DNA from: a virus
Lineage: Duplodnaviria; Heunggongvirae; Uroviricota; Caudoviricetes
Direction: 5' to 3' (one strand)
Length of the DNA: 33,919 nucleotides
Virus record (IMG/VR): IMGVR_UViG_2579778797_000012
The position numbers were made by a program, and so were the translations under genes. Of the stretch, positions 21,001 to 28,489 are shown piece after piece (positions within the stretch are counted from its first letter, which is position 1; each line of letters opens with the position of its first letter). The notes beneath the pieces are model-generated. The model was not told the origin of the DNA, searched no databases, and saw nothing but the letters and a program-made list of their open reading frames with translations.

Positions 21001-23397
21001 CCCCCGGCGACCAGCGGCATTTTCCGGTGCCTGCGCACGTCCTTTCTGGAAACTCTGGCCCTTCACCTCACCGGTTGTGGTAAAACGACCACCACGTCCG
21101 GCCTGATTTTCATCCGGCGTACGCGCCACTTCTCCCGGTAACGGATATCCCTGTCCGGGATGAATATCGCCGGGAGCGGGAAGGCGTGGACGCTCAGTTA
21201 ACTCCTGAGCTGTCGGACCGGCATCACCTTCAGCCATCTGTGAACGCACCAGCTCTTCCGCCGTCGGCACGTTGCCACGGGCAAGGCGGGCCTGCACTTC
21301 TGTATCATCTCCCGTAAAACCCCGGAATCGCGGGTCACGCATGAACGCTGGCTGCTCCATCGGATCAGCATCAGCAATACGCTCTCCGTCAGCCAGGGTG
21401 TTAATGGTTTCCGTTGCCACATCTTCAGAGAACGCAGGATTATCCATTTCAACGGCATACTGATTCTCACCTTTCTTCACTACGGACGGTTTCAGGCCGG
21501 TGGCGCTGGCATTGCGAAAAACATCGCTACCCATGGCGCTTTTCTCATCCGTGAAATAACGGTTGTCCGGACGCACCTTTTCAATGCGTTCTGCTGGTCT
21601 GGACGCACCACTCCCGTTAATTTCAATACGAACTTCATCCGGATCGCGGAACCGCACCGTCGGGTAAATACTCCCGTCGCCATCATCCGCATTTTCCGGC
21701 TGTGGCTGTGCCTCCGGTCTGGCCTCCTGCTGAGGGCGAAGCACATCACGGATAGCCTGTAACTGCTGCTCTTCAGTATCAGTACGCCCTTCCTTCAGGC
21801 TGAGTTTTCGGTATTCCTCAAGCAGTTCAGGGCGCGGCTTCGCCTTCAGCTCATCCATTACCGCCTGTCGCTTCGCCTGTTCATCCAGTTCATTCAACAG
21901 CTGGCTGGCGGCTTCCCGGCGATGAACGGCAGACGTGTCTCCCTCATGTGCCATATCCGCATCAGCATACTGTTCCAGAAGCTGCTCGCGATTCATCCCC
22001 TGCATGGATTCACGATGCTGTGCCACCGGATCAACCGGTTCGGGTTGCGGGGCTGCGTCGTCCTGCTGCACGGTTTCAGCATCACGCATGGCTGCTTCTT
22101 CTGCGGCCTGACGTCTGCCACGATATCCGGCAACCGCACCGAATGGAGCCCCCATCGCAGCACCAAAGGCTGCACCTTCGATCGTTGCGTCAGCCACGCC
22201 CTCCCACGGTGACACATCCATTCCGGCGGTCTCACGCAATGCCGTGTTTTCCTGATAGCGCGAATAGGCGTTCTGTGCCCCGTTAATTACGCCCTGTTCC
22301 GTGGCATTTCTGACAATGCCGCTTTTAACGGTCTTCGCTGTGCCTCGTGTCACCAGATTAAACAGTTGTGCGTCACCCAGTTTTGCCGCCATGGCATTCA
22401 CAGCCAGCAATTCAGGATCGGTTGCCAGCTGCGCGCGCACCTCATCGGCAACACGCTCTTTTGCCAGGTCCATTTTCTGGCGATCAGTAAGCTGTGCGTG
22501 CTGTGGATCTGCATCAATTGACAAAAACGTCTGCTGAAATTTCGGTGACTGCGCCAGCTCAGCGTAATCCGCATTAAGAACAGCATCTGCTGCCGACATT
22601 GCACTCTGCCCCTGTGCACTGGCTGTGGAATGGGTGATCAGGCCCGCATGGAAGAAATCCGTCATTTTTTTATCGACAGCTTCTGCTGCCAGTGCCGTGG
22701 CTCTTTCCGGCTGCACTCCTGCCGCGATGTATTTTTTCTCCAGCCCGGCGGTCAGCGTTCTTTTCAGTGCGACCTGTCCCACCTTTCTAACCACACCGCC
22801 AGCAACCAGATCAGGTACAAGCGCACCAATCAGGTTTACACCCTTCGTCAGCAAGACCGCAGAATCATCATAGCCTTCACTCATTGGCGTGTTCAGCGCA
22901 CGAACAGCACCCGGCGACATCTGATCTGTCAGCCATTCATCCGAGGCTTTGGCACCATCACTGACTGCCTTACCGGTTGCTTTCAGACCTTCACCGACAG
23001 TATCAGTGACCGCGTTTTTACCTGTTCCATCGGGAATGTTTTTAATCGCATCTCCAACAGAAGGTGGCGCGCCCAGTTCCTTTTGCGTGGAGGAAGGCGG
23101 CATGTAAACATCCGTCATGAAAGACGACAACCCGGCAAGCGTTTTTACAGGATTATTTACAAATCCATCACCGAGTCCACGGACCATCTCCCCTGTTCCC
23201 CGGACGGACTGGGCGAAACCTTTACCCATTGTTGGCAATACATCACCGAGGCTGAACGATGTGCTGTGATCAATGGCATTCTGCGGGTTGCTGAAAAAAT
23301 CCTGCCAGTAATTTTCTCCCGGCTGCTTAATGTTCAGGCTGCTGCGGTTCTGGTTACCCAATTGCGCTTCAGGGCGCTGCTCATCTGAAAAAGCCAT
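15034..23397 (-). CDS. Giant multidomain protein (2,787 aa) with two HExxH metallopeptidase-like motifs; putative phage polyvalent or effector protein
   Basis: Single uninterrupted ORF with GGAG 8 nt upstream of the ATG. HEWFH at nt 19552-19566 (about residues 1278-1282) and HEIIHH at nt 18748-18765 (about residues 1545-1550). Low-complexity A/Q/E/P-rich N-terminal third. Function inferred only. Confidence 0.6.
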   Translation of the reverse strand: MAFSDEQRPEAQLGNQNRSSLNIKQPGENYWQDFFSNPQNAIDHSTSFSLGDVLPTMGKGFAQSVRGTGEMVRGLGDGFVNNPVKTLAGLSSFMTDVYMPPSSTQKELGAPPSVGDAIKNIPDGTGKNAVTDTVGEGLKATGKAVSDGAKASDEWLTDQMSPGAVRALNTPMSEGYDDSAVLLTKGVNLIGALVPDLVAGGVVRKVGQVALKRTLTAGLEKKYIAAGVQPERATALAAEAVDKKMTDFFHAGLITHSTASAQGQSAMSAADAVLNADYAELAQSPKFQQTFLSIDADPQHAQLTDRQKMDLAKERVADEVRAQLATDPELLAVNAMAAKLGDAQLFNLVTRGTAKTVKSGIVRNATEQGVINGAQNAYSRYQENTALRETAGMDVSPWEGVADATIEGAAFGAAMGAPFGAVAGYRGRRQAAEEAAMRDAETVQQDDAAPQPEPVDPVAQHRESMQGMNREQLLEQYADADMAHEGDTSAVHRREAASQLLNELDEQAKRQAVMDELKAKPRPELLEEYRKLSLKEGRTDTEEQQLQAIRDVLRPQQEARPEAQPQPENADDGDGSIYPTVRFRDPDEVRIEINGSGASRPAERIEKVRPDNRYFTDEKSAMGSDVFRNASATGLKPSVVKKGENQYAVEMDNPAFSEDVATETINTLADGERIADADPMEQPAFMRDPRFRGFTGDDTEVQARLARGNVPTAEELVRSQMAEGDAGPTAQELTERPRLPAPGDIHPGQGYPLPGEVARTPDENQAGRGGRFTTTGEVKGQSFQKGRAQAPENAAGRRGEILEGEPVRRGLPSPDEQNATAPVREGLPAPESQRGVDMPQPESLPRMVRDSLPELAQQAEARRQTGDNRQTITDVPDTEVPMPVDKPSTHQQARGAKIEDFGEEIKGAAKHRYAQLAETLGKTLEDRDYATQPLSKLFPKPDYAKLASEGADADTLAMIALYRSDIPAKTKHNTAGWGESVKKVRHSVSEMLNGTVSAKRLAEWMEGRMPSRYADTWQLLRTLPPSQMDKASAYRVVSGVYQAAGGKRYDPPQKLYSLRNKDNKGTNLFFSESRDELLTKAKVWFAELEEKSQAKGDEKTAPSPDDKIRFDVYRNTRSGDIFIAYGKNKMRVRGGFKSASDARKYIDSHRDELVRHVKEMREISREEQRNATNRDRTGPERRKGDVSPEQFSDAFGFRGVQFGNYVEGPRRQADLNRAYDSLHDLADVLNVPTKALSLNGRLGLAFGARGKGKAAAHYEPGEVAINLTKGNGPGALAHEWFHSLDNYFGRYDVSTDGKITSGGDYMTEAQRAGRVFKDGRYVDAEYPVRQEVYDAFKGVMKAINSSDMPRRSALLDEVRSKPYWSTDVEMAARAFERYVQDKARTAGVENDYLVNIRKAPEHNTDNTWAYPTNAELDGGIRDAFDHLFSTLKTRETDKGVAFYSRKGVTRTPEGNLISDVNRSAEAKGSPVPQVEAVARGVMSGIKDSDLKVRVVKSQKEAEALAGESFDGYGRGHAFYRPDKREIVLVADNIPDGRTVREKLRHEIIHHAMEHVVTPAEYQTIIKTVLKTRDSDNATIREAWRKVDASYGKESPEVQAGEFLAHMAEKQPNKFVAAWERVVALVKGVLRRTGLLKPTELNDIRLVRETIRTLGQRVREGYTPREDGAGASSQYSRSGKPDPFKVPEGEGERYRDDLARMMKSLRSTDLTVNIGRTPPVLRHLGAPDLPLVISRDTVRKATNGVKHVVPMDVIERLPELMHDPDAIYHSATERNAVVMLLDAVDKNGDPVVSAVHMKAVRSRLEINKVASVYGTENGKKLKSMEMTGLTLYRREKLSRDNLLHRGLQLPKGEHSYRGSADKILYPEDIRKGPHYSRTSSLTPEETIASRFVRQMQDKFQVLKAVQENIRKTGGKIDDSNNAYMAEELFHGKAENDLNVMKERYVQPLAKLLADYKIAQADLDEYLYARHAPERNAHIAKINPKMPDGGSGMTNAEAAEIMQRVRNSGKQAQYDRLAGIVDDMLARRRELIREAGLEESGVVDAWQNAYRYYVPLKGQDVDGVVSLPRTGKGFTIGGRESRQAMGRASRAQSPSTQAIQDLSESLIRNRKNEVGNAFLKLVQDNPDKDYWQVFTNERPDTMRAIAERVVPETGETRHEVVERPVPMAMMADRYFTTKKNGKTYYIKLHDPRLMRAMKNMGPETSNAVIRTLGKVNRFLATVNTSYNPEFLVSNFIRDVQTAVMNLKAEQGRSDGKLKGLDNLSALAVVKDSRSAMSAVYASLRGKTLTGNGAQWQKVWKEFVEDGGKTGWFNMGDLEGQQKEMDRLVSLAKGGWKGQSIGAWHSFLNLVEDANGAVENALRLSAYKHARDAGLSRQQAASLAKNMTVNFNRRGEQGALMNSLYMFANASIQGTANLVRTLGHLNGDGPLPERLRWKNLNVPQKIALAAVGAGYLLGSLNRSVAGEDDDGVNWYDKVPSHVKERNLVIMKSVFGGKAGEYWSIPLPYGYNVFFLLGHTAEGVAAGDLTASRAAGNVVGGILGAFSPVGSETSETLSGALLKNAAPTILRPFANLAMNENFMGAQIYQENMPFGTPKPDSQLGRRSTPEAYKAFASWLNAFSGGSQYRPGAVDITPESLKFWIDYISGGTGRFISKTTDAAVKSLNGIDIPEQQVPFLGKISGEVMPYADQQKMYDRMTEVAQYHAELKSLTGAERTAFIDENNGKLLMNGLMQDTRKRLKDLRKQRDAIYADSSLSLAQQAAMVKSVERDMKVAVDRFNREYNKKVGVD

Positions 23398-23409
23398 ACA
23401 GACTCCAGT

Positions 23410-23437
23410 AAAAAAAAGCCCGACACGATGGTCGGGC
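23410..23437 (-). terminator. Rho-independent terminator 13-40 nt upstream of the giant ORF start
   Basis: Minus-strand GCCCGAC-CATCGT-GTCGGGC hairpin (23418-23437) followed by T8 (complement of the A-run at 23410-23417). Confidence 0.7.
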
Positions 23438-23482
23438 GTAAGTGAACGATATTAACGGGGAGCGCGTTACTGCCGCGTAACT

Positions 23483-24745
23483 TTACTTCATCCAGCCTCT
23501 GATCTCTTCGGCTGATGCAGCAGCGCTATAATTCTTCGCTTTTTCCTGTTCGGCTTTTTTATCCCGGAGGTGATTCTGGTACCAAATTTCCAGTTCCTTT
23601 TCACGCCCCGGTTCCAGCAAGGCTGGCATATTGGCGGCAGTCGCTTTGACAAACTCCAGTTTGACCGGATCGCCCTCCGCCCAGGTCTGCCCCTTCTGTA
23701 AAAGCTGTTCAAATTTCTGTTGCTGAATTTTCTGCTGATATTCCGGTAAACCATGCGCAGCTAAAAATTCATCCCTCGCAGCCTGAGCATTACCGCCGTT
23801 CTTGATCGCTTCCGCTGCTACCTGGCTGGCTTCTTTCTGAATATCTTTCAGAGAAAGCCCCTCCTGCTTCGGCGTGAAATAACCGAAATTTTTCGAAATT
23901 TCCGCGAATTTACTGCGATCCCTGACAAGCTCAACAGCCTTATCAACAGGCACCGCCAGCACGGTTTGATCATCAGGGTGCGCACTGCCGTATTCTGTTA
24001 CAGGTTTATGCGCGGTGGAGCCATCGCTGTATGTGAGATCAAGGCCAATAAGTACGTACCCTTCCTGCTGCGCCGGTACGATACTGCCAATCCTGGCCTC
24101 TTTTATCGTTTTTTCCCCGGTTGAATCAGGCATGCCAATACGCTGTTGTAGTTCCGGGGCAAACACGCCGGAAAGCACATCGAGATTTTCCGGGGTATTC
24201 AGCGAAGCAATCGCCCTGTCCGGCTTATCATCAAAGATTTTCTGCAGGTTGTTCACGGCCTGACCCGCTTTCGCAGCATAGCCTACCGTTGACATCATCT
24301 TAAGCGGATTGGCGTCCGATAATTTACCGAACAGATGAGAAGCCGCATCATGGTCACCCGCATCAATCGCTTTTCCCAGCGCCGCCATCACAGGCTGATC
24401 GCGCGCCAGCATATCGTTATACTCAAGCCGTCGCTGGTTGTATTTCTGCAACTGGAGTCGTTGCTGTTCCATCCCCAGCGACGCATTCCGGTAATTCTGG
24501 TTGGCGTTAAACTCCCTTTCCTGCAGTGTGTAATTGCGGTCATCAACTTTGGCTCTGTAATCAAAGTTCCGCTGATCAACGTCTTTATTATGTTCAAACT
24601 GAGACTGCGCAAATTCAAAATCGCGCTCGTTATTTTTCTGTTGCTGAGCAAGCTGTGCTTCTCGCAAACCAAGCTCCTTACGACGGGTCATTGCCTGGTC
24701 AACAGTGCTGAATCCGGCAAGTAACCCCTGTGCAAATCCGCTCAT
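23483..24745 (-). CDS. Hypothetical protein, Q/E/K-rich coiled-coil-like (420 aa)
   Basis: Long ORF, tightly packed with neighbours. Composition (QQQK, EQEKAK runs) suggests coiled coil. No recognisable catalytic motif. Confidence 0.45.
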   Translation of the reverse strand: MSGFAQGLLAGFSTVDQAMTRRKELGLREAQLAQQQKNNERDFEFAQSQFEHNKDVDQRNFDYRAKVDDRNYTLQEREFNANQNYRNASLGMEQQRLQLQKYNQRRLEYNDMLARDQPVMAALGKAIDAGDHDAASHLFGKLSDANPLKMMSTVGYAAKAGQAVNNLQKIFDDKPDRAIASLNTPENLDVLSGVFAPELQQRIGMPDSTGEKTIKEARIGSIVPAQQEGYVLIGLDLTYSDGSTAHKPVTEYGSAHPDDQTVLAVPVDKAVELVRDRSKFAEISKNFGYFTPKQEGLSLKDIQKEASQVAAEAIKNGGNAQAARDEFLAAHGLPEYQQKIQQQKFEQLLQKGQTWAEGDPVKLEFVKATAANMPALLEPGREKELEIWYQNHLRDKKAEQEKAKNYSAAASAEEIRGWMK

Positions 24746-24755
24746 TCACCACTCC

Positions 24756-25007
24756 TTAAAACAACGAACCAGCAAGACCACCGATGACTGCACCAATAGC
24801 GGCACCGGGAAGGCCACCAACGGCAGCCCCCACAGCAGCACCGCTACCAATTCCCGTTCCAATATTCTGCTTGTGCTGTGCTTTCTGTTGCGCCGCCATC
24901 ATCTTGTTTGACGCCTCAATTTCTTCACGTCGTCTGTCTGCATCACTTATTCCCTGTAATGCCTCACGCCGTGACTGATTCGCAATATCCAGTAAACCGT
25001 ATCCCAT
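24756..25007 (-). CDS. Hypothetical small protein with C-terminal glycine-zipper membrane segment (83 aa)
   Basis: C-terminus GIGSGAAVGAAVGGLPGAAIGAVIGGLAGSLF is a glycine-zipper-type hydrophobic segment. 9-10 nt gaps to both neighbours. Confidence 0.45.
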   Translation of the reverse strand: MGYGLLDIANQSRREALQGISDADRRREEIEASNKMMAAQQKAQHKQNIGTGIGSGAAVGAAVGGLPGAAIGAVIGGLAGSLF

Positions 25008-25016
25008 ATTTCCTCC

Positions 25017-25469
25017 TTACGCTGACACCAGTTGTCCGCCAACACTCAGTTGCTGTCTTGCAGGTGCAGAAGCCCCCGTCAGTATGTTCATCTGACGATC
25101 CTGCTCTGCTTCACGGATACCATTTTTCGCGCCAGCAATTGCCAGGGCATTACGTAACCCCAGCGTATTACTGTTGGGATTATCAGGTCGGTTAACGCCA
25201 TATCGTGCCATCTGGTTATCCTGCGCCATCTGCGCTGTACGGAGACTGGAAGTGGCAAGGCCGCCCACCCGGGCAAGCTGCGCATTCATCAGGCTGTTGT
25301 TCTCGCCAAGGTCAGCCAGCCTTGCCACGCGGGGCAAATATCTGGTTCGCCAGTCGTCGTATTGTTGGCGTGTCAGCGCTGCTGACGTCTGCCAGTCACC
25401 CTGTGGGCGGGCTGCGCCTGAATAACCAGCCCTTGCGAGAGTTTCGTATTTACCGTACTCCATAATCAC
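25017..25469 (-). CDS. Hypothetical protein (150 aa), Q/A/R-rich
   Basis: ORF overlapping the start of the upstream gene by 4 nt (translational coupling). No recognisable domain. Confidence 0.4.
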   Translation of the reverse strand: MIMEYGKYETLARAGYSGAARPQGDWQTSAALTRQQYDDWRTRYLPRVARLADLGENNSLMNAQLARVGGLATSSLRTAQMAQDNQMARYGVNRPDNPNSNTLGLRNALAIAGAKNGIREAEQDRQMNILTGASAPARQQLSVGGQLVSA

Positions 25470-26122
25470 AGTCTCCAGTTCTGAGCCTGATGCTGAATGG
25501 CATTAGCGCCGGTGCCAGGTGTTTTAGCACCGCCACTTCCTCCGCTACCGCCAGCCTTATGCATCGCATATGCACCAACCGCACCCAGACCAGCGCCAAC
25601 AAGAGAGGCTCGCCCCTGCTGTTTCGTAAACGCAGCCTGTGCGTCCGATTTAGCTTTTGCCAGACTGCTGTCTGCCAGCGAGTTAAAACTCTGTAACGCA
25701 TCTGCCTTCTGACCGGAACCGAGAGCCGCAACATCCTGTAGCCCGGCAATATATTTATCTGCCTGCGATACCTGCCCCCGTGTGGTCGTGTCAATCTGCC
25801 CGATCACCTGGTCGCTTTGATTTGCATCCATTACTGCATTAAAACGACCACTGGATGGGTCAACGCCGGACTGAGCAAGATTACCCGCCAGCTCCCTTCG
25901 CGCTTCACCAAACTGTTTCTGATACCCAAGATTTGTTGTGCCTGCGATATTTTCGTACTGCTGCTCACTGTTAAGGTCATCGACCTTTTTCATGAAGTTA
26001 TCTTCTGCCGGACGGAGAATATTTTTGTAATCCTGCCACCCTTTCCAGGCCACCTCTTCCTGTGCTATTTGCGCTGCTGTTGGTTTTACTTTGGTATCAC
26101 CACCACCTTTACTTCCGCCCAT
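25466..26122 (-). CDS. Hypothetical protein (218 aa), G/A/Q-rich with Gly-rich termini
   Basis: Starts MGGSKGGGDTK and ends in a GAGLGAVGAYAMHKAGGSGGSGGAK segment. First gene of a tightly packed four-gene set. Confidence 0.4.
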   Translation of the reverse strand: MGGSKGGGDTKVKPTAAQIAQEEVAWKGWQDYKNILRPAEDNFMKKVDDLNSEQQYENIAGTTNLGYQKQFGEARRELAGNLAQSGVDPSSGRFNAVMDANQSDQVIGQIDTTTRGQVSQADKYIAGLQDVAALGSGQKADALQSFNSLADSSLAKAKSDAQAAFTKQQGRASLVGAGLGAVGAYAMHKAGGSGGSGGAKTPGTGANAIQHQAQNWRL

Positions 26123-26140
26123 AATGGCTCCTCAGATAAC

Positions 26141-26162
26141 AAAAAACCCTGCCGGAGCAGGG
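26141..26162 (-). terminator. Rho-independent terminator downstream of the 133-aa gene
   Basis: Minus-strand CCCTGC-TCCG-GCAGGG hairpin (26147-26162) followed by T6 (complement of 26141-26146). Confidence 0.65.
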
Positions 26163-26215
26163 TCAGAATGTGAATTGCAATGTGGGTTTACGCTCGATGA
26201 TGAATACAGTGGCAG

Positions 26216-26617
26216 TCAGACTGCTATCCTGAACACCATGAAGCCATCCTCATCATCCGGCATTCGCTCAAAGCCCAGACGTTTTCCCAGCCGGATAAAT
26301 CCTCGTCTTGCCGTATGAAATTCGGCCCAGCGTCCGCCAGCCAGGCGGGTTAATGTCTTCACCTCCGGCAGATAACGCTCAACACTCTTACTCCCCGTAC
26401 ACACGCCCAGTAACACCAGAACATAAGGGATACCATCGTCACTGAGCACAGAACGCAGCACCAGAAAACCATCCGGCGCTTCAAAGCAAAACGCCTGCTT
26501 TTTAAGGCAGGCGTCTTTAACTTCATTCATAAATTCAGGGTTGCGGGAATTTCTCACAACACGCTGCATATACCGGAGAATTTTGTCGTCCATTCTCTCA
26601 CCTGAAACGGGTGCCAT
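26216..26617 (-). CDS. Hypothetical protein (133 aa), independently transcribed moron-like gene
   Basis: ORF bracketed by intrinsic terminators on both sides. No signal peptide and no recognisable motif. Alternative start at the internal Met (MDDKILRY). Confidence 0.45.
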   Translation of the reverse strand: MAPVSGERMDDKILRYMQRVVRNSRNPEFMNEVKDACLKKQAFCFEAPDGFLVLRSVLSDDGIPYVLVLLGVCTGSKSVERYLPEVKTLTRLAGGRWAEFHTARRGFIRLGKRLGFERMPDDEDGFMVFRIAV

Positions 26618-26995
26618 ATCGGCTGAACCTCAGCAACCAGTTGACGGGGACTTTCGTCCCCGTCGCGGTTTTCCTACTGCTTACACTGTAAGAACGCCGC
26701 AAACTCCGCTCCCCACAAATTCAGCCGGAACTCACACAACGAGCCGTGTAACATCCAGATGGTGAAGATTACCGTCATACAAATTGTGACGGTGATGAGC
26801 GATTTTTGCGACATAACGCTTGTCTCCTGAGTGGAGAGGCGCTAACCTACTACTTGTGAAGGTTGTACGGTCAGGGCCTCGGGTTAACATTAAAGTTGAC
26901 TCGGGGCCTTTCCACATCAGGCCTTCAGGTTCACCTTCCAGCCATCAGCCGAAAGGCACCCGCGCATAATCTACGATTTTTGCCCTGCACGGGCA

Positions 26996-27021
26996 ACAAA
27001 AAACCCGCCATCACAGCGGGT
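26996..27021 (-). terminator. Rho-independent terminator downstream of the lom-like gene
   Basis: Minus-strand ACCCGC-loop-GCGGGT hairpin (27003-27021) followed by a T-run (complement of the A-run at 26996-27002). Confidence 0.65.
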
Positions 27022-27044
27022 TATGACATGTTGTCGGATACAGA

Positions 27045-27776
27045 TCAGAATTTCAGGCCAATACCTACAACAACCCCGCTCGTGCGCCAGTCACCAGATC
27101 CGGAGCTTTCATACGCGACATCCATAGCAACACTTTCATTCAGGTTAAATTGTGCACCAGCAGCCCATGCAAGTGCTGTTTTTTTCGTACTGTTGCTTTC
27201 AGAAAATCCACCGGTACTGTTAATGTTGTCCTTAATTTTCAGGTCAGCGGTAACTTTAGCTACGCCCATACCAGCCATTGCATACACACTGAGGTATTCG
27301 TTAAACCGCCACGAAGGACCCGCTAACAGGCTCCAGTAATTCGCTCTGATATCTGTTCTTCCTGAAGCTGCCGGATTTTTAACCTCTCTGGATTCATCTC
27401 CTGGGTTAATATCAATAAATGCCTGCGCATTAGTCATAGAACGCGCCCATGTAAAAGATGTTATAACACCAATCTCATCCGTTATCTCATAACGATACCT
27501 GATGCTCATCCCCTGAGGAGATTTGCCTTTGCCATCATGCCCCCGGACAGAAGCATCTGCATATTCGCCTGAATTGAAGTAGTGTCTGTTTGTAAAACGG
27601 TTAAAAGTATCAAGATTATAAAGACTTAAATCCTTAACAAAATTGTTCAGTCCAGAGAGCTGAAGATGAGCGTATCCGAAAGAAACTGTACTGTCACCTT
27701 GTGCTGCACAGGCAGGGGCTGCTACAAAACTCATCACAAAAGTTGTGCACGCAAAAATAATTCTGGTATGTTTCAT
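27045..27776 (-). CDS. lom: Lom/Ail/PagC-family outer-membrane beta-barrel protein
   Basis: Signal peptide (MKHTRIIFACTTFVMSFVAAPACAAQG) and a C-terminal ...YESSGSGDWRTSGVVVGIGLKF closely resembling the lambda Lom / Ail-family terminal strand. Confidence 0.75.
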   Translation of the reverse strand: MKHTRIIFACTTFVMSFVAAPACAAQGDSTVSFGYAHLQLSGLNNFVKDLSLYNLDTFNRFTNRHYFNSGEYADASVRGHDGKGKSPQGMSIRYRYEITDEIGVITSFTWARSMTNAQAFIDINPGDESREVKNPAASGRTDIRANYWSLLAGPSWRFNEYLSVYAMAGMGVAKVTADLKIKDNINSTGGFSESNSTKKTALAWAAGAQFNLNESVAMDVAYESSGSGDWRTSGVVVGIGLKF

Positions 27777-27862
27777 TTTTAGACTTTTCCTATAATAAAA
27801 TAACCCCGTATTATCTAAGATGAATTTAGTTTTATTACTTAATATTCATACTGACAGGCATA

Positions 27863-28489
27863 TCAGTCATACATTGATGAATTAATGACCAACACTTTAT
27901 CTATATACGGCTTCCGAATATCCCATGTTGCACGACCGGAATAATGCTCACAGGAATATATTTTATTTCCTGTAGCCCCCGTTGATGTGGTGTAAATCGG
28001 TCGGTCATAAGGTGTACGCTGCCAGTTATAATACCCAACCAGTGCAGGCATAATTGCGCATGGATATCCAAGATCCTTCTCAAACTTGATATCAACTGGT
28101 ATTAACTTCGCGTCAAGCAGCATCATTTCGCCATGGTAAATCATCTCACCCGACGGGTTATACATGGCAATACCATACTCAGAAGGTTGAGTAACCATAT
28201 TCGCAAAAGCATAAACAGTCGTAACACCAGGATTCGTTCCCCTGACAATTTGATGAAGCCTTAAGGCATGATATCCATCAATCTGTTCATGTGTGTACAT
28301 GACATCGGCCTTTTTCTCTGTTCTGATAAAGAAAAAACAACTTTTTCCTGACGGGATTGATGTTTTAAAAAAAGCCTTCTCAGTCGCCGGAATAGTTCCC
28401 TTATTGATCAGACACTGAGGCGTAAACCCCGGGCTTATCCACAAGCTGCCATCTGGTTTCGTAATGCTTAAACCATACATACAACTCAC
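27863..28489 (-). CDS. Hypothetical protein (208 aa)
   Basis: ORF overlapping the upstream 93-aa gene by 4 nt. No recognised domain. Confidence 0.4.
   Translation of the reverse strand: MSCMYGLSITKPDGSLWISPGFTPQCLINKGTIPATEKAFFKTSIPSGKSCFFFIRTEKKADVMYTHEQIDGYHALRLHQIVRGTNPGVTTVYAFANMVTQPSEYGIAMYNPSGEMIYHGEMMLLDAKLIPVDIKFEKDLGYPCAIMPALVGYYNWQRTPYDRPIYTTSTGATGNKIYSCEHYSGRATWDIRKPYIDKVLVINSSMYD

Noticed and set aside
15292-23388. Numerous plus-strand ORFs of 60-250 aa inside the giant gene (for example 16343..16852, 20344..20871, 22630..23388)
   Set aside because: All are antisense to one continuous 8.4-kb ORF with coherent protein-like composition. Their Arg/Cys/His-rich translations are typical of out-of-frame or antisense reading of GC-rich coding DNA.
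15034-23397. Interpretation of the giant ORF as a tail tape-measure protein
   Set aside because: It lies downstream of the tail-protein and lom-like genes, carries HExxH motifs and mixed-composition domains, and lacks the uniform helical repeat character expected of a tape measure.
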